Source of the DNA: an uncultured Alphaproteobacteria bacterium
GTDB taxonomy: Bacteria; Pseudomonadota; Alphaproteobacteria; Rhizobiales; Xanthobacteraceae
DNA: 64,000 bases
Assembly (NCBI GenBank): GCA_963791165.1
Contig: CAWBRL010000017.1
Coordinates: 6,388-70,387 of the forward strand
Reading direction: 5' to 3'
The notes beneath the pieces were generated by a model. That model did no database searches, had not been told where the DNA came from, and saw only the letters and a program-made list of their open reading frames with translations. How positions within the stretch are numbered: the first letter of the stretch is position 1; the number at the start of each line of letters is the position of its first letter. This document shows, piece after piece, positions 62,043 to 64,000 of this stretch. Made by a program: the position numbers and the translations under genes.

Positions 62043-63407
62043 ATGGCCAACAGGAAAATTGCGGACCGCTCCGCAGCAACAGACGGAACCTGGTACAATT
62101 CGCTGCCGCGATCGACCAGACTGCCGACGATTGCCGGCGTGCTGATCATGGCCGTGGTGACGATGGGATTCGGCGTCTGGGGCAACATGGCGCCGATCGC
62201 CGGCGCGGTGGTCGCGTCGGGCGTTTTCGTCGTTACCGGGCAGAACAAGATCGTCCAGCATCTCGAAGGCGGCGTTATCCGCGAGATCTATGTGCGCGAA
62301 GGCGACACCGTGGAAGCCGGCCAGCTGCTGCTCGAACTCGATGACACCGCGGCACGTGCCGAGCTGCAGCGGCTGTTCCTGCGGCGCATCCGGCTGTCGT
62401 CCATGGATGCAAGGCTGCAGGCCGAGATGCGGGAGGAACAGGATATCAAGCTTCCGGCGGAGATCAGCGATTGGCTGGGCAGATCGCCCGAGGTGAGGGA
62501 AATCGTCGACAGTCAGCAGATGACGTTCACCGCACGCCGCAACAACCTCAACAGCGACGTCAAGAGCATCGACGAGAGCATCAAGGCGCTGGACGAGCGG
62601 ATCCGGGGATCGCGGGTGCAACTCGACGCGGTCAAGCGCCAGATCGTGCTGCTCGACGAGGAAATCGAGACCAAGGACCGCCTGGTTCAGGCCGGACTGG
62701 TGCGTAAGCCGGAACTGATGGTGCTGCAGCGGACGAAGGCCAATCTGGAAGGCGAGGTCGGCCGCATCATGGGCGACATCGGGGACGCCAAGGAACGGAT
62801 CGCCCGGGCTCTCGAGCAGATCAACGGCGTGCGCAAGACCGCGATCAAGACCGCGGTCGAACAGATGCACGAGGTTCGGGGCGAACTGGCCGACGTCCGC
62901 GAGCGGATGCTCAGCGCCAAGGGTATACTCGATCGAGTCCGCGTCGCGGCGCCGGTCTCAGGCGTCGTGGTGAAACTGCGCTATCATACGCGGGGCGGCG
63001 TGATCGAGGCCGGCAAGAGCATCATGGAACTGTTGCCGCTGAAGGACGAGCTCATCATCGAGGCGCGGCTGCGGCCGCAGGACATCGACAGCGTGAAGCA
63101 CGGGCAGCACGCGATGGTGCGGCTGACGGCATTGAACCAGCGCATCACGCCGATGGTCTCCGGCGAGGTCGTGTACCTGTCGGCCGACACCCTGGCGGAC
63201 GAAAAGAAGTCCCAGCAGGTGGGGCCGACCGACATCTATCTCGTCCGCGTCAGGCTCAACCGCGAAGAAAGCCTGGCGCTTCCGGGTTTCAGCCCGACGC
63301 CCGGCATGCCGGCCGAGGTCTACATCAAGACGGCGGAACGGACGTTCTTCCAGTACATCGTCCGGCCGATCCACGACAGCATGATGCGCGCATTCCGGGA
63401 GCGCTAG
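62043..63407 (+). CDS. HlyD-family type I secretion membrane fusion protein
   Basis: [41 protein letters not shown]. Confidence 0.94.
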   Translation: MANRKIADRSAATDGTWYNSLPRSTRLPTIAGVLIMAVVTMGFGVWGNMAPIAGAVVASGVFVVTGQNKIVQHLEGGVIREIYVREGDTVEAGQLLLELDDTAARAELQRLFLRRIRLSSMDARLQAEMREEQDIKLPAEISDWLGRSPEVREIVDSQQMTFTARRNNLNSDVKSIDESIKALDERIRGSRVQLDAVKRQIVLLDEEIETKDRLVQAGLVRKPELMVLQRTKANLEGEVGRIMGDIGDAKERIARALEQINGVRKTAIKTAVEQMHEVRGELADVRERMLSAKGILDRVRVAAPVSGVVVKLRYHTRGGVIEAGKSIMELLPLKDELIIEARLRPQDIDSVKHGQHAMVRLTALNQRITPMVSGEVVYLSADTLADEKKSQQVGPTDIYLVRVRLNREESLALPGFSPTPGMPAEVYIKTAERTFFQYIVRPIHDSMMRAFRER

Positions 63408-63482
63408 AGCATGATCCGGAAAAGTGGGAACCGGTTTTCCCTCGCGACAAGCGCGGAACGCGTTTGCGCGGAGATCATGCTC
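63404..63482. repeat. Rhizobiales palindromic intergenic element
   Basis: GAGCATGATC-CGGAAAAGTGGGAACCGGTTTTCC...GATCATGCTC terminal inverted repeats. Confidence 0.75.
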
Positions 63483-63535
63483 GAATAAAGAGGGCTCGGA
63501 ACGAGGCCACTTGAACATTGGAAAGGGCGTCCGCC

Positions 63536-64000
63536 GTGCATATCGACATCATCGAAACCCTGCCGTCGCTGGCCAAGATCGAGGACAACTGGAACGCCGT
63601 CTACGACGCGGACGACGAAGCGCAGATATTCCTGTCGTGGCGATGGCTCAGCGGCTGGCTGTCCTACATCGAGGGCCCCTGGTTCATCCTGGCGGCGAAG
63701 GCCGGCGAGGCCGCCGACCTGCCTTACGTTGCGTTCCTTCCCTTGCGCCTGCAGACCACGATCGAGAAAGCCGATGTCATCAGCGACATGCGGATGGCCG
63801 GCAATTTCGGCGCCGACTACACCGGCATCATTTGCAGACCCGAGGCGGAGAACAAGGTCATTCCCGCCTTTGCCCGCTGCATCAGGCAGATGAAATGGGC
63901 GCGGCTCAATCTTGAAAATGTGCGGATGTCGGAGCGTCGCGCGCGGTTGCTTCTGGCCTGTTTTCCGAAAGCCAGTTTCAGCTCTAGGGAGGTCGGCAGG
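63536..64000 (+). CDS. CelD/BcsL-like GNAT acetyltransferase, runs off the window
   Basis: GTG start; WNAVY....QIFLSWRWL..W, VAFLPL, MAGNFGADYTG; open to the window end. Confidence 0.75.
   Translation, partial: MHIDIIETLPSLAKIEDNWNAVYDADDEAQIFLSWRWLSGWLSYIEGPWFILAAKAGEAADLPYVAFLPLRLQTTIEKADVISDMRMAGNFGADYTGIICRPEAENKVIPAFARCIRQMKWARLNLENVRMSERRARLLLACFPKASFSSREVGR

Overview
GC-rich alphaproteobacterial chromosomal DNA; gene content, repeats and small-protein families suggest a Bradyrhizobium-like organism (inference). Six blocks. (1) 1-14.6 kb: one co-directional operon with a Tm-1-like/PEP-hydrolase-like gene pair, a ~970-aa YqiK-type flotillin carrying a long 11-residue-periodic coiled coil, two SRPBCC proteins, a four-subunit xanthine-dehydrogenase-family molybdoenzyme, MoxR/vWA chaperones and three hydrolase genes. 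(2) 15-25 kb: sugar/polyol ABC importer plus PTS-dependent dihydroxyacetone-kinase genes with dedicated HPr and Enzyme I. (3) 25.2-28.7 kb: lower-GC patch of small ORFs. (4) 28.8-39 kb: purine/urate catabolism with back-to-back sigma54 promoters, ending in a truncated ABC permease. (5) 39-54.4 kb: accessory block (AraC, RND pump, two-component system, RpoH paralog, many small secreted proteins) with a recurring TAAA-N6-TTTA palindrome upstream of many of its genes. (6) 54.8-64 kb: LuxR-type regulator, a Gln/Asn-rich amyloid-like protein, a larger protein sharing its repeat motif, a type I secretion ABC/MFP pair and a CelD-like GNAT. Ten frameshifts in otherwise intact genes (nine are +1) are probably sequencing errors. 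All assignments come from reading motifs by eye; no database search was run.
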